A DNA stretch of 53,903 nucleotides. It comes from a virus. The translations under genes and the position numbers were made by a program. The stretch covers positions 1 to 53,903 of the IMG/VR virus record IMGVR_UViG_3300027439_000001; one strand, 5' to 3'. The stretch's first letter is position 1. The number at the start of each line of letters is the position of its first letter. Shown piece after piece: positions 25,172 through 32,856 of this stretch. The notes beneath the pieces are model-generated. The model was not told the DNA's origin. It saw only the letters and a list, made by a program, of their open reading frames with translations, and did not search any database.

Positions 25172-25641
25172 GACGCTTTTTGGACCTCTTCACGGACCAA
25201 TACACTTCGGCTAGAATAGCCGAGCGCGACGCCGCTCGCGCTACGCTTAATCGTCTTCGTGGCGTTCTCAACGCTGGCCCAACTGGAGACGTTTTCGAGA
25301 CAGCCGTTGCTATCGTGAGACAGCGAGACGAGTTCCGCGATCATATACTTTACCTTGAGGCAGCCCCCATCGCCGAACTGCGCGAACTGCGCGAGGCGGT
25401 AGCACGCATTGAGAAATACCGTGAAGAACGCGAGCAATTGTTTTTCGGGCTTGCTGCGGCGCTTGAAAAGGTCACGCACGAACGCGACGAACTCGAACGG
25501 CAGATCACGAACGTCGAGGCCCAGCGTGACGAAGCCAGAAAGCGGCTTGCCGAGGCTGTCGAGCGAGTCAAAGCGGTCGCTCCAGAGATGGAAACCGAGC
25601 GAAGCGAACGGCGACTTATTCGCGCTCTTGGCGAAGAGTAA
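25168..25641 (+). CDS. coiled-coil protein
   Basis: 157 aa, E/R/A-rich heptad-like sequence; no motif. Confidence 0.55.
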   Translation: MRRFLDLFTDQYTSARIAERDAARATLNRLRGVLNAGPTGDVFETAVAIVRQRDEFRDHILYLEAAPIAELRELREAVARIEKYREEREQLFFGLAAALEKVTHERDELERQITNVEAQRDEARKRLAEAVERVKAVAPEMETERSERRLIRALGEE

Positions 25642-25644
25642 TTT

Positions 25645-25824
25645 ATGACAATCCGCACCCAGCGCGCTCGCTGGCGTAAGGACGCGGCCTCGAAGGTCGC
25701 ACGCCGCCGGGCCGCCGGCCTGTGCATCGTGTGCGGCCACTCGGCACCGAAGAAACGAGCAACCTGCCCAGACTGCGGCCGAGCCGCGAACCTGCGAACC
25801 AAGCGGCGCAAAGCAACCGCCTAA
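25645..25824 (+). CDS. small basic zinc-ribbon protein, paralog A
   Basis: Hand translation: MTIRTQRARWRKDAASKVARRRAAGLCIVCGHSAPKKRATCPDCGRAANLRTKRRKATA; paralog of 27292..27486. Confidence 0.6.
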   Translation: MTIRTQRARWRKDAASKVARRRAAGLCIVCGHSAPKKRATCPDCGRAANLRTKRRKATA

Positions 25825-25827
25825 CTC

Positions 25828-25860
25828 GAAGCCCTCGTCGCAAGGCGGGGGCTTCTTCTT
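25828..25860 (+). terminator. intrinsic terminator after operon 1
   Basis: GAAGCCCTCG (25828-37) pairs with CGGGGGCTTC (25846-55, one G-U), followed by TTCTT. Confidence 0.55.
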
Positions 25861-25989
25861 GCCGTCAAGACTCAGGCTATCCTACCACCTGGCCGTCTGC
25901 TAGGATGCGTCCTGGGGCTCGCCTGACGCGCTCGAACCCCACTTTCGCCCCTCTCTGCCGCACCTCGGAGAGAATCTGCGGCTCGGCTA

Positions 25990-26018
25990 TTGACAGGGTG
26001 TGGCGGATAGAGTATCGT
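25990..26018 (+). promoter_or_regulatory. sigma70-like promoter P2
   Basis: TTGACA (25990-95), 17 nt, TATCGT (26013-18), AGGAGG (26037-42), ATG 26050. Confidence 0.5.
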
Positions 26019-26049
26019 TAGCGGAGATAGAGGCACAGGAGGAAACACT

Positions 26050-26802
26050 ATGAGAAACCGCCGTAAGCCCCTCGCGTTCGAGGCCGTTCGCTTCCTCGGA
26101 CCCGACCCCGCTTCGTCGCCGTTCCAGCGCCTCTTCACCGCCGCTCTGTCAGAAGCCAAGGCGTTCCTTCAGCAGCCCGGGACTACGTTCGGTGTCGTTT
26201 CGGACACTAAGACCGGAGCGCGCCTTTTCGAGTTTCCGCCAAGACAGACCGAACTCGACGCGCTTGTGGCGGAGTTGCGCGCTTGCGGCTACAGCCGACT
26301 TCTATCAGATCAAGCCGCCAACGCCATTGAGAGCCTTCGTGAGCGCGTGGCTAAGGCTGAAGCCGAGTGCGCTACTCTCCGAAATAAACTCGACGGGGCG
26401 CTCGCCCTTAGTTCCGCGCTCGGCTCAGAAAACGACCACCTCCGAGCAGAATTAGCAAACTTGAAACCGCAAGACGGCTGGATTGCCTTCCATGCGATGC
26501 GCGAGGAACTATCCAAGACGCAAGCGGAGCGAGACGAGTTTAGGGACGAACTCAACGACCATGACTGCTCCGAACTCGCGGAAGAACGCGATGCTGCGCT
26601 GCAAGAGCGTGACGACCTGCGACGCAGCATCGGGCGAATTGTGGAAGTCAAGGCCCGAGCGCATGGCCGCACCCAGGCCGCAAGAGTCCTAGCTGAAGTC
26701 GATCGCCTAGAACGAGAGCGCGCCGCGTGTTCGAATAACCTCGCGGCGAAGATCGAACGCGCCAGGACGGATCCAATGAGCGCGTGGGAAGTGAGAGAAT
26801 GA
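26050..26802 (+). CDS. coiled-coil protein with globular N-terminal domain
   Basis: 250 aa; long E/R/L/A-rich region; no enzymatic motif. Confidence 0.6.
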   Translation: MRNRRKPLAFEAVRFLGPDPASSPFQRLFTAALSEAKAFLQQPGTTFGVVSDTKTGARLFEFPPRQTELDALVAELRACGYSRLLSDQAANAIESLRERVAKAEAECATLRNKLDGALALSSALGSENDHLRAELANLKPQDGWIAFHAMREELSKTQAERDEFRDELNDHDCSELAEERDAALQERDDLRRSIGRIVEVKARAHGRTQAARVLAEVDRLERERAACSNNLAAKIERARTDPMSAWEVRE

Positions 26803-26915
26803 GCATCCAAGTTTGGATTGTCTTTGGAGTCGGCGTTGCAGTCGGGCTCGTAATCTCGTATTTATTGCTCGTTTTGGCCCTCTGGTACGGAGAGCGGGCG
26901 AACAAGAAAGGGTGA
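26799..26915 (+). CDS. 38-aa single-pass membrane peptide
   Basis: Hand translation: MSIQVWIVFGVGVAVGLVISYLLLVLALWYGERANKKG; ATGA overlap upstream. Confidence 0.5.
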   Translation: MSIQVWIVFGVGVAVGLVISYLLLVLALWYGERANKKG

Positions 26916-26918
26916 CAC

Positions 26919-27101
26919 ATGAGCGTCCTTTGGATTTGCCTTGCCGTGGTCGTAGGTGTACCGATAGCGGCCCTGGCCCTATTCTGCGCTTGGATGCTGC
27001 TAACGGGAGTCGTGATGTTCTGGCTCGGCGTAGCGGCTTGCTTCATCCCACGCTTGCGCCCGGTAGCGGAGAGGTACTCCGCATGGATGAGCACGCTATG
27101 A
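26919..27101 (+). CDS. 60-aa two-helix membrane protein
   Basis: ORF track; WICLAVVVGVPIAALALFCAWMLLTGVVMFWLGVAACFI. Confidence 0.55.
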   Translation: MSVLWICLAVVVGVPIAALALFCAWMLLTGVVMFWLGVAACFIPRLRPVAERYSAWMSTL

Positions 27102-27295
27102 GCCACCCTAATCCGACGTACTATTTCTCCGGTTTCTCCTTCGTAGGAACAGGGGAACGGTGCTCAGAGTGCGGCGGCACAATCGCGGAGCATGAGTCGA
27201 TCACGTTCACGGCTACGTTCACCGAGGCCGAACTCGCTAACCCGGAAAACCCCTATCACGAGCAGTATCTTCGGTGGAAGAAGGCCCAGGCATGA
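27098..27295 (+). CDS. small protein with CxxC motif
   Basis: MSHPNPTYYFSGFSFVGTGERCSECGGTIAEHE...; ATGA overlaps at both ends. Confidence 0.5.
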   Translation: MSHPNPTYYFSGFSFVGTGERCSECGGTIAEHESITFTATFTEAELANPENPYHEQYLRWKKAQA

Positions 27296-27486
27296 GTACA
27301 TCGTCGCAGCGAGCCAAGTGGCGCAAGTCGGCAAACGCCAAGTACGCCCGACGTCGCGCCGCTGGCCTGTGCATTACCTGCGGGCGCAAGGCACAGAAGG
27401 GGCGCGCGACCTGCGAGAACTGCAGCTCTTCCGCCACTCAGCGTAACCGCGACCGTCGCGCCGCTATCACGAGCAAGGGAGCATAG
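27292..27486 (+). CDS. small basic zinc-ribbon protein, paralog B
   Basis: MSTSSQRAKWRKSANAKYARRRAAGLCITCGRKAQKGRATCENC... aligns with 25645..25824. Confidence 0.6.
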   Translation: MSTSSQRAKWRKSANAKYARRRAAGLCITCGRKAQKGRATCENCSSSATQRNRDRRAAITSKGA

Positions 27487-27567
27487 TTACCTTCTCATCG
27501 TTCGCGAGCACCTTCAGCCGCGTGGCAAGAAACTTCTCTCGCTTGCAAGACGGGCACAACGCGGTCG

Positions 27568-27993
27568 TCATGCTTTGAATTCTACCACGGGCTGCCGCCT
27601 TCGCTGCCGTGCCTCAGCCGATAGCCAGTCAAAGGTCCGCGGCTTGCAGTAACGCGCCTTTATTAAGACCTTACTTTGCCTGCGAGCACGGATTAACTGC
27701 GAGTGACTCCCTAATCGTGTTGCTAGTTTCTTAGAACTGCCGATGTATACCAAAACCCTGTCAAGATAAATCGCGTAAACCGCAGGTAGCGGGAGCCCTA
27801 ATACTATTTCATGCCAGCCCCGTACGAAAGTTGGCGCGACCAGGCAGACTTGTTGTGCCTGGTTATGCTGGTTACACAGCCCAGCCCTTATCGCGACGCT
27901 TGCGCAACGGACCCCAGACGTCTGCGCAATGGCCTTACAGCGATCCTCGTCACGAACCACACCTAAATTATACCTTACTTGACTTGGGGGCAC
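27568..27993 (-). CDS. GIY-YIG family nuclease (homing-type), antisense to the early block
   Basis: AVYAIYLDRVLVYIGSSKKLATRLGSH (GIY...YIG...R...H pattern); N-terminal Cys cluster RCKAI...VRCAS...LCNQH. Confidence 0.65.
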   Translation of the reverse strand: MPPSQVRYNLGVVRDEDRCKAIAQTSGVRCASVAIRAGLCNQHNQAQQVCLVAPTFVRGWHEIVLGLPLPAVYAIYLDRVLVYIGSSKKLATRLGSHSQLIRARRQSKVLIKARYCKPRTFDWLSAEARQRRRQPVVEFKA

Positions 27994-28008
27994 AATAGGG
28001 ACTATAAT
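27979..28008 (+). promoter_or_regulatory. near-consensus sigma70 promoter P3
   Basis: TTGACT (27979-84), 18 nt, TATAAT (28003-08); ATG 28016 lies about 8 nt after the -10 box with no room for an SD (leaderless candidate). Confidence 0.65.
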
Positions 28009-28015
28009 GGGGGCG

Positions 28016-28225
28016 ATGGCTCAGGTGAAGGTGCGCGACCTAACGAACAAAACCGTTGTAGGGCTCAAGGCCCGCGCAAGGCGCAACCGCCGCTCGCTCG
28101 AAGCCGAACTGCGGACGATCCTAGACGAAGCCGCACAGACAACGAAAGGACCCATCGCAAATGATTCTTGCGACAAGCCCCTCATCGAAGATTCTATCAC
28201 ACCTGTCGCGCCCGAGCGAGGCTGA
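28016..28225 (+). CDS. ribbon-helix-helix (Arc/FitA-like) DNA-binding protein
   Basis: MAQVKVRDLTNKTVVGLKARARRNRRSLEAELRTILDEAA fits the FitA/Arc-type RHH N-terminus; an alternative ATG at 28007 lies inside the -10 box. Confidence 0.6.
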   Translation: MAQVKVRDLTNKTVVGLKARARRNRRSLEAELRTILDEAAQTTKGPIANDSCDKPLIEDSITPVAPERG

Positions 28226-28226
28226 C

Positions 28227-28544
28227 GTGCGCCCTGGAAACGCCGACTTCCCGATCGTCCAGCGCGAGGTGGCGATCTACGAAGAAACGTCCTTGCGATA
28301 CGTGCGTAGCGACTTTGAGCCCGTCCTCGACGTCGACCTGACCCTCGCCAACATCGCCGAGGAGCAGGCCGCACTTACCGCCTTTGAGCACGACTTCTAC
28401 GACCGTCTCTCCGCGCGCCGGCACAGACTGGATATGCTCAAGATCGACCTTAAAGTGGGGGAGCCCATCTACAAGGCACCCGCAAGGGACCAGCGGTACA
28501 TCATCGGCGCAGACATCGCAGATAGCGATGAGGTGCAGCCATGA
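28227..28544 (+). CDS. hypothetical protein
   Basis: GTG 28227 is 1 nt after the RHH stop, preceded by GAGCGAGG; 105 aa; no motif. Confidence 0.45.
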   Translation: MRPGNADFPIVQREVAIYEETSLRYVRSDFEPVLDVDLTLANIAEEQAALTAFEHDFYDRLSARRHRLDMLKIDLKVGEPIYKAPARDQRYIIGADIADSDEVQP

Positions 28545-28846
28545 GCGACAAGACGCCGATCGACGCCTGCCCGGTGCCCGAGGGCTGGGTTGAGCGGTGC
28601 GCCCGCCCTCGTTGCTCTGACTCCGACCAAACCATACGCGCGCATATCCTCATCGGAATGCAAGCCCTCCCTGTCTGCGCGGGGTGCGCCCGGGCCGCCG
28701 AAGGCGAGGGCGTTGGTGAGGTTGTGTGGATTCTGCGGCCGCGCGCCCCCTCTGAAGCCGTCTCCGACGCGGACGTGGCCGAGAAGGCCATCAGCCTGCG
28801 CGGCGACCGTGGCGCGGAGTTTGATCCGCTCGGCCACCATGAGTAG
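28541..28846 (+). CDS. hypothetical Cys-rich protein
   Basis: 101 aa; ATGA overlap upstream. Confidence 0.5.
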   Translation: MSDKTPIDACPVPEGWVERCARPRCSDSDQTIRAHILIGMQALPVCAGCARAAEGEGVGEVVWILRPRAPSEAVSDADVAEKAISLRGDRGAEFDPLGHHE

Positions 28847-29534
28847 CGCGCCCTCGCTGACCGACATCCTCTTTGCCGAGCGCAGCAAGCCGCGTGGCGA
28901 CGAAGCGGCTGCTCACATCGGAGATTTGTACAAGTGTCTGCGCGCCGTTTGGTATCGCCGCAACGGCTTCGAGGAAGAAGCGCCCGATCGCGAACTGCTC
29001 GCCAAGTTTCAGATCGGACACGACTACGAGCACGGCGTGGCGGCCACACTGCGCGCCGCGGGCCACGATGTCGTGGAAGGCGCGGAGGTCGAGTTCTTGG
29101 GGCTCAAAGGGCACCCCGACCTTATCGTTGGTGAGATAGAGAATGTCGGATGGAAATCCGACTGGCAGTATCTCATCGAAACCAAGACGACCGACGCGCG
29201 CAAGCCGAAGGACGAGGTTCAGCCGCATCACCGCGTCCAAGCGGCGGCCTACGCGCTCGCCCTCGGCCTCTCTGAAGCCGTGGTCCTGGTCAAACACGCG
29301 GGCTCGCACGTCGAAACAGAATACTGGATACAGCCGGAAGCCTCGCGGGCGCTGATCGAACGCAAGGCCGCAGAGATTCACGCGCAGACCGGGCCGGGCG
29401 CGCCAATGCCGCCTGCCGTGCCGAGCGACGTTCCGCCGTATGACGAGTGTCAGTATTGCAGATTCCGTCAATGCGAGCGCAACCCGAAGCATGACCGGTA
29501 CGCGCGGCTCGTCCAAGAGGAGGTCCCGTTTTGA
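28839..29534 (+). CDS. PD-(D/E)XK exonuclease, Cas4/RecB-like with Fe-S cysteines
   Basis: GHPDLIV (D), LIETKT (ExK), QAAAYAL (QxxxY); Cys at LYKCL plus CQYCRFRQC. Confidence 0.7.
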   Translation: MSSAPSLTDILFAERSKPRGDEAAAHIGDLYKCLRAVWYRRNGFEEEAPDRELLAKFQIGHDYEHGVAATLRAAGHDVVEGAEVEFLGLKGHPDLIVGEIENVGWKSDWQYLIETKTTDARKPKDEVQPHHRVQAAAYALALGLSEAVVLVKHAGSHVETEYWIQPEASRALIERKAAEIHAQTGPGAPMPPAVPSDVPPYDECQYCRFRQCERNPKHDRYARLVQEEVPF

Positions 29535-30391
29535 ACGCGCGCGACCCAGCCGATGTCTTTGAGGACGAAATGGACGAAATGATCGAAAGCGCCGCGAACG
29601 AGCAGCGCCGTTTGCGGGACCCGCAGGCCGTAGAAACCTCGGGAATCGAGTTCTCGCCTACCCTCGCGCCCATCGCCAAGGCGCTCCTCATCGCCCAGGG
29701 CAACATGGACGAGGTTTTCAAGTCCTCCACGAATCCACACTTTCGCTCGAAGTACGCCGACCTGCCATCGTGCATCAACGCCGTCAAGCCGGCGCTTCAG
29801 GCCGCCGGTATCGCGCTTCTCCAAGCCGCGACCTCAAGCGCCGACGCCTCGGTCGTGTTCGTGGAGACGATGTTCCTGCACGAAAGCGGCGAGTGGGTCC
29901 GATCAAGGCTCGGCCTGCGCCCGGTCAAGACCGACCCGCAAGGCGCTGGTTCGGCCATCACCTATGGGCGACGGTACACGGTGCTGGCGATGTGCGGGGT
30001 CGCGCCCGAGGAGGACGACGACGGGAACCGCGCCTCCGGGCGCGCCCAAACGAGCGTAGAACCCCCTTCCAGGCCCGCCCCGCGCCCGCAGCCCGCTTCG
30101 CCGCCCCGCAGGCCACCCGTACCGCCTCCGGCCCCGCCAGCGCACCCGGAGCCCGAACTCCCGCCCTCTGAGCCCGTCGGCCCGAGTCCGGCCCAGCGCA
30201 AGCAGTTGTTCGCGCTCGCAGACGAGTTGAAGATGGACGAACGCGCCCGGCACCAGTTCGGCGAAATCCAGTTCCGCAAGCCGTCGAGCAAGACGTGGAG
30301 CCGCGAGGAAGTTTCGCGCGCGATCGACGTTTTGAATCGCAGGCTCGATGCCCGAAATGCGGCAGTCGCGGACGCGCAGGCCGGGCCATGA
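29531..30391 (+). CDS. erf: ERF-family single-strand annealing protein
   Basis: NPHFRSKYADLPS, HESGEW, GSAITYGRRYT, EEDDDGN; Pro-rich C-terminal half; TTG start in a TTGA overlap. Confidence 0.8.
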   Translation: MNARDPADVFEDEMDEMIESAANEQRRLRDPQAVETSGIEFSPTLAPIAKALLIAQGNMDEVFKSSTNPHFRSKYADLPSCINAVKPALQAAGIALLQAATSSADASVVFVETMFLHESGEWVRSRLGLRPVKTDPQGAGSAITYGRRYTVLAMCGVAPEEDDDGNRASGRAQTSVEPPSRPAPRPQPASPPRRPPVPPPAPPAHPEPELPPSEPVGPSPAQRKQLFALADELKMDERARHQFGEIQFRKPSSKTWSREEVSRAIDVLNRRLDARNAAVADAQAGP

Positions 30392-30720
30392 ACGCCCTCG
30401 ACCTCGACGCGCTCGAACACGCAGCGTCAGATACGTTTCATTTGTCACACGAGGAGTATTATGCCCTCATCGCCGAGTGCCGCGAACTACGCGAGCGGTT
30501 GGCAGCGAAAGATGCTCAGACGACAACCGCGGCGATACAAGTGAGAGACTCGGCGGAGCGCGCCGAGAAAGCCGAAGCCGAGGTCACGCGCCTGAGGGCT
30601 ACGGTCGAGCGGGTACGGGCGGTGCGCGGTAAGGCGGTCCGTTTCCCGCACACGCAGCAACCTTCTTGGCGCGTGTACGACGCTGACGAAATAGACGCCG
30701 CGCTGGATGAGAAGCCATGA
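30388..30720 (+). CDS. hypothetical coiled-coil protein, WRVYDADE paralog 1
   Basis: 110 aa from the ATGA overlap; C-terminus PSWRVYDADEIDAALDEKP. Confidence 0.55.
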   Translation: MNALDLDALEHAASDTFHLSHEEYYALIAECRELRERLAAKDAQTTTAAIQVRDSAERAEKAEAEVTRLRATVERVRAVRGKAVRFPHTQQPSWRVYDADEIDAALDEKP

Positions 30721-30803
30721 GGGCGCTGTGGAACCCGAGCGTCCTGCTGTTCCTCTTTGCCGTCTTTGCAGTCTGGGCTGGCTGCCGGGCGGGGACGCCA
30801 TGA
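30717..30803 (+). CDS. 28-aa hydrophobic peptide
   Basis: Hand translation: MRALWNPSVLLFLFAVFAVWAGCRAGTP; ATGA overlaps at both ends. Confidence 0.4.
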   Translation: MRALWNPSVLLFLFAVFAVWAGCRAGTP

Positions 30804-31039
30804 CGGCTGCTGAGTTATCGGCGCTTGTGCGCGACTTGCGCCGTATTTACGTTGCTGGAAGTTCTCATCCCACGCTTGAGCATTTGTGGCTAGAACGCGC
30901 CGCCGACGCTATCGAGAGCCTGAAGGCCACGTTAGACCGCATGGCTACGGTGCAGCCTAGATGGGCTTACCCGTCGCGCATGGATAGCAACGATTGGCGC
31001 GTGTACGACGCCGATGAAATGGATATGGCTCGAAAATGA
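30800..31039 (+). CDS. hypothetical protein, WRVYDADE paralog 2
   Basis: 79 aa; C-terminus NDWRVYDADEMDMARK; a 20-nt near-identical stretch is shared with 30388..30720. Confidence 0.55.
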   Translation: MTAAELSALVRDLRRIYVAGSSHPTLEHLWLERAADAIESLKATLDRMATVQPRWAYPSRMDSNDWRVYDADEMDMARK

Positions 31040-31275
31040 CGGCAACAGAGTTACGTGAACTTGCCCGAAGTGCGTTCGCAGCAAAGAACGGCGAAAGCGG
31101 TATGGTAGCCAAAGCCTGCGACCTCGCCGCCGACGTACTGGAACCGAGTGAGGAGTTGATGGAGCAGTTAGCAATCCTAGGATTCGACGAGAACCAACGC
31201 GGAATGCAGGTCGGGCTAAAGCGAGCCCGCGCCATCCTCGCCGCTCTCGCAGCGCGTCTTGAGGCCCAGCCGTGA
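31036..31275 (+). CDS. hypothetical protein
   Basis: 79 aa; ATGA overlap upstream, GTGA overlap downstream. Confidence 0.55.
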   Translation: MTATELRELARSAFAAKNGESGMVAKACDLAADVLEPSEELMEQLAILGFDENQRGMQVGLKRARAILAALAARLEAQP

Positions 31276-31430
31276 CTTGGAAGCAAGAACTCGCGATTAT
31301 TCTAGCGCGACAAGCAGATGAATTGAAGAGGAACCCGACGACGAGCGCGGACTTAGCGGTAAGCAGAGCGTTGACTAAAATTTCCGAGCAATTAGTGCCC
31401 CGCGATACCGCGCCAGAGGCCAAGCCGTGA
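31272..31430 (+). CDS. 52-aa hypothetical protein
   Basis: Hand translation from GTG: (M)TWKQELAIILARQADELKRNPTTSADLAVSRALTKISEQLVPRDTAPEAKP. Confidence 0.45.
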   Translation: MTWKQELAIILARQADELKRNPTTSADLAVSRALTKISEQLVPRDTAPEAKP

Positions 31431-31519
31431 GGTGGTACGAGGACCCGATGCTGGCGCTTACGTGGCCGCTCATGGTCGCGCTTATCGCGGTGATAATTTT
31501 TGCGATAGCGACTCGATAA
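31427..31519 (+). CDS. 30-aa membrane peptide
   Basis: GTGA overlap; (M)RWYEDPMLALTWPLMVALIAVIIFAIATR. Confidence 0.4.
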   Translation: MRWYEDPMLALTWPLMVALIAVIIFAIATR

Positions 31520-31743
31520 TGAACGGCATCGGTGTTTTCCTCCTTGCCGCCGGAATCATGGGGCTCGCGCTCGCGTGGTCCGCGCTCATGGACGCGCTGG
31601 CCCGGCGCAAACTTCGGGGCGCACAGTCCGTCGCGTCCGACCAGCGCGCCCGTGCGCAAGCCGACGCGCGCCGCCTCCTTTCTCCGCACGAGCGCACGAC
31701 CTGGGACGCCGAGGCCGCGCGAAGAGCAAGGAGGGTGAAGTGA
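31519..31743 (+). CDS. 74-aa membrane-anchored protein
   Basis: MNGIGVFLLAAGIMGLALAWSALM... followed by a basic tail; TAATG junction. Confidence 0.5.
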   Translation: MNGIGVFLLAAGIMGLALAWSALMDALARRKLRGAQSVASDQRARAQADARRLLSPHERTTWDAEAARRARRVK

Positions 31744-31757
31744 GCGAAGGAGTAGCG

Positions 31758-32081
31758 ATGGCGTTGCCGTGTGTCGTCTGCGGACACGCCGAGCGCGACC
31801 ATCAATGGAAATCGGTGAATAGCACCATCGGGCTGACTATGACTGATCGTTGTGCTTACGCAACGCGTCTACCGCGAAGCGGAGACGAGCCTAATGTGCG
31901 TTACGAAATGTGTGATTGCGAGCAATACGAACCCGACGCGGACCATCCGCGCCACCACGGGATGCACCCGGTATCGGGATTCTGCCCGTCATGTCCTATC
32001 TGCGAAGAACTCGGAGTCGAAGCCGTGCGCGCCGCCCAACAGCCAGCCAGCATCGACCGCCAGGAGGGACAGAATCCATGA
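31758..32081 (+). CDS. Cys/His-rich putative zinc-binding protein
   Basis: GAAGGAG RBS; MALPCVVCGHAERDH...CDCEQY...CPSCPIC. Confidence 0.55.
   Translation: MALPCVVCGHAERDHQWKSVNSTIGLTMTDRCAYATRLPRSGDEPNVRYEMCDCEQYEPDADHPRHHGMHPVSGFCPSCPICEELGVEAVRAAQQPASIDRQEGQNP
32041..32066 (+). repeat. 26-bp exact direct repeat, copy 1
   Basis: agccagccagcatcgaccgccaggag also occurs at 32505..32530. Confidence 0.9.
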
Positions 32082-32284
32082 CTGACTTTGAAGCCCTAAA
32101 GCAGATGATGAACAAGGGGGCAAATTACGGCATTAGGATTGCGCCCGGACCTCCAAAGATACTGTTTGCTCCGGTTGCAATAACGAGTCCCGAGGGTGGC
32201 TCGGCAACCGTGCAATTCTCGTTCGATGCTAACGACTCGCTGGTCAGAATATCTGTGTTGATGGGAGTAGCCGATGAAACTTAA
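32078..32284 (+). CDS. hypothetical protein
   Basis: 68 aa from the ATGA overlap. Confidence 0.5.
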   Translation: MTDFEALKQMMNKGANYGIRIAPGPPKILFAPVAITSPEGGSATVQFSFDANDSLVRISVLMGVADET

Positions 32285-32504
32285 GCAGCAAGAGAGCAAC
32301 TTACGCGCAGAGAACGCACGACTGCGCTCTGGGATTGAGGCGATTATGAGGGAGTTGTCTCTTGACCGCAATACCGTCGAACGTCTCGGCGCGTTGCTCA
32401 ACCCGCGCAACGGTTTGGAAGCGATGAACCGCGACATGGATAAACGCGACCGGGCAAGAGTCCGCCTCAATGCCGAGGTCCGTCGTGCCGGAGAGAAGCG
32501 ATGA
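32274..32504 (+). CDS. hypothetical coiled-coil protein
   Basis: 76 aa ORF. Confidence 0.5.
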   Translation: MKLKQQESNLRAENARLRSGIEAIMRELSLDRNTVERLGALLNPRNGLEAMNRDMDKRDRARVRLNAEVRRAGEKR

Positions 32505-32530
32505 AGCCAGCCAGCATCGACCGCCAGGAG
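32505..32530 (+). repeat. 26-bp exact direct repeat, copy 2
   Basis: Identical to 32041..32066; lies inside a 13-codon bridging micro-ORF (32501..32542, MKPASIDRQEPGL). Confidence 0.9.
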
Positions 32531-32538
32531 CCGGGGCT

Positions 32539-32856
32539 GTGAATAGCCTAGCCCGTATTGTAGTTGAAGGCGAACTTCAGCGTTCAAATGTTGCAAAGTG
32601 CGATACGCTGGGATGTCTCGGGCAAATGTGGATACGGGTCTGTGGCATCTCTTACTGCGTAATATGTCGCCCGCCGCCTCCTCCACTGCGTATGTATGCT
32701 TGCCCTTGCGGGTTCTTCGAGACTGCCGAGAATCCGCCAACCTGTCCAAACGGTAAGGGGCACGCTGCCAAACCATGTGCCGACCCTCGGACGTGGAGGC
32801 ACACAAACCAGGAGTATGCACCTAGCGAATCGCCTCTAGGCGAAAAGCAGTTATGA
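32539..32856 (+). CDS. Cys-rich hypothetical protein
   Basis: GTG in a GTGA overlap; 105 aa with multiple CxxC. Confidence 0.5.
   Translation: MNSLARIVVEGELQRSNVAKCDTLGCLGQMWIRVCGISYCVICRPPPPPLRMYACPCGFFETAENPPTCPNGKGHAAKPCADPRTWRHTNQEYAPSESPLGEKQL

Noticed and set aside
28016-28544. RHH protein plus downstream ORF as a type II toxin-antitoxin pair (FitAB/VapBC-like)
   Set aside because: The downstream 105-aa ORF shows no PIN, RelE, ParE or other toxin motif that I can recognise. The RHH gene heads a long recombination operon, so a transcriptional regulator role is more parsimonious.
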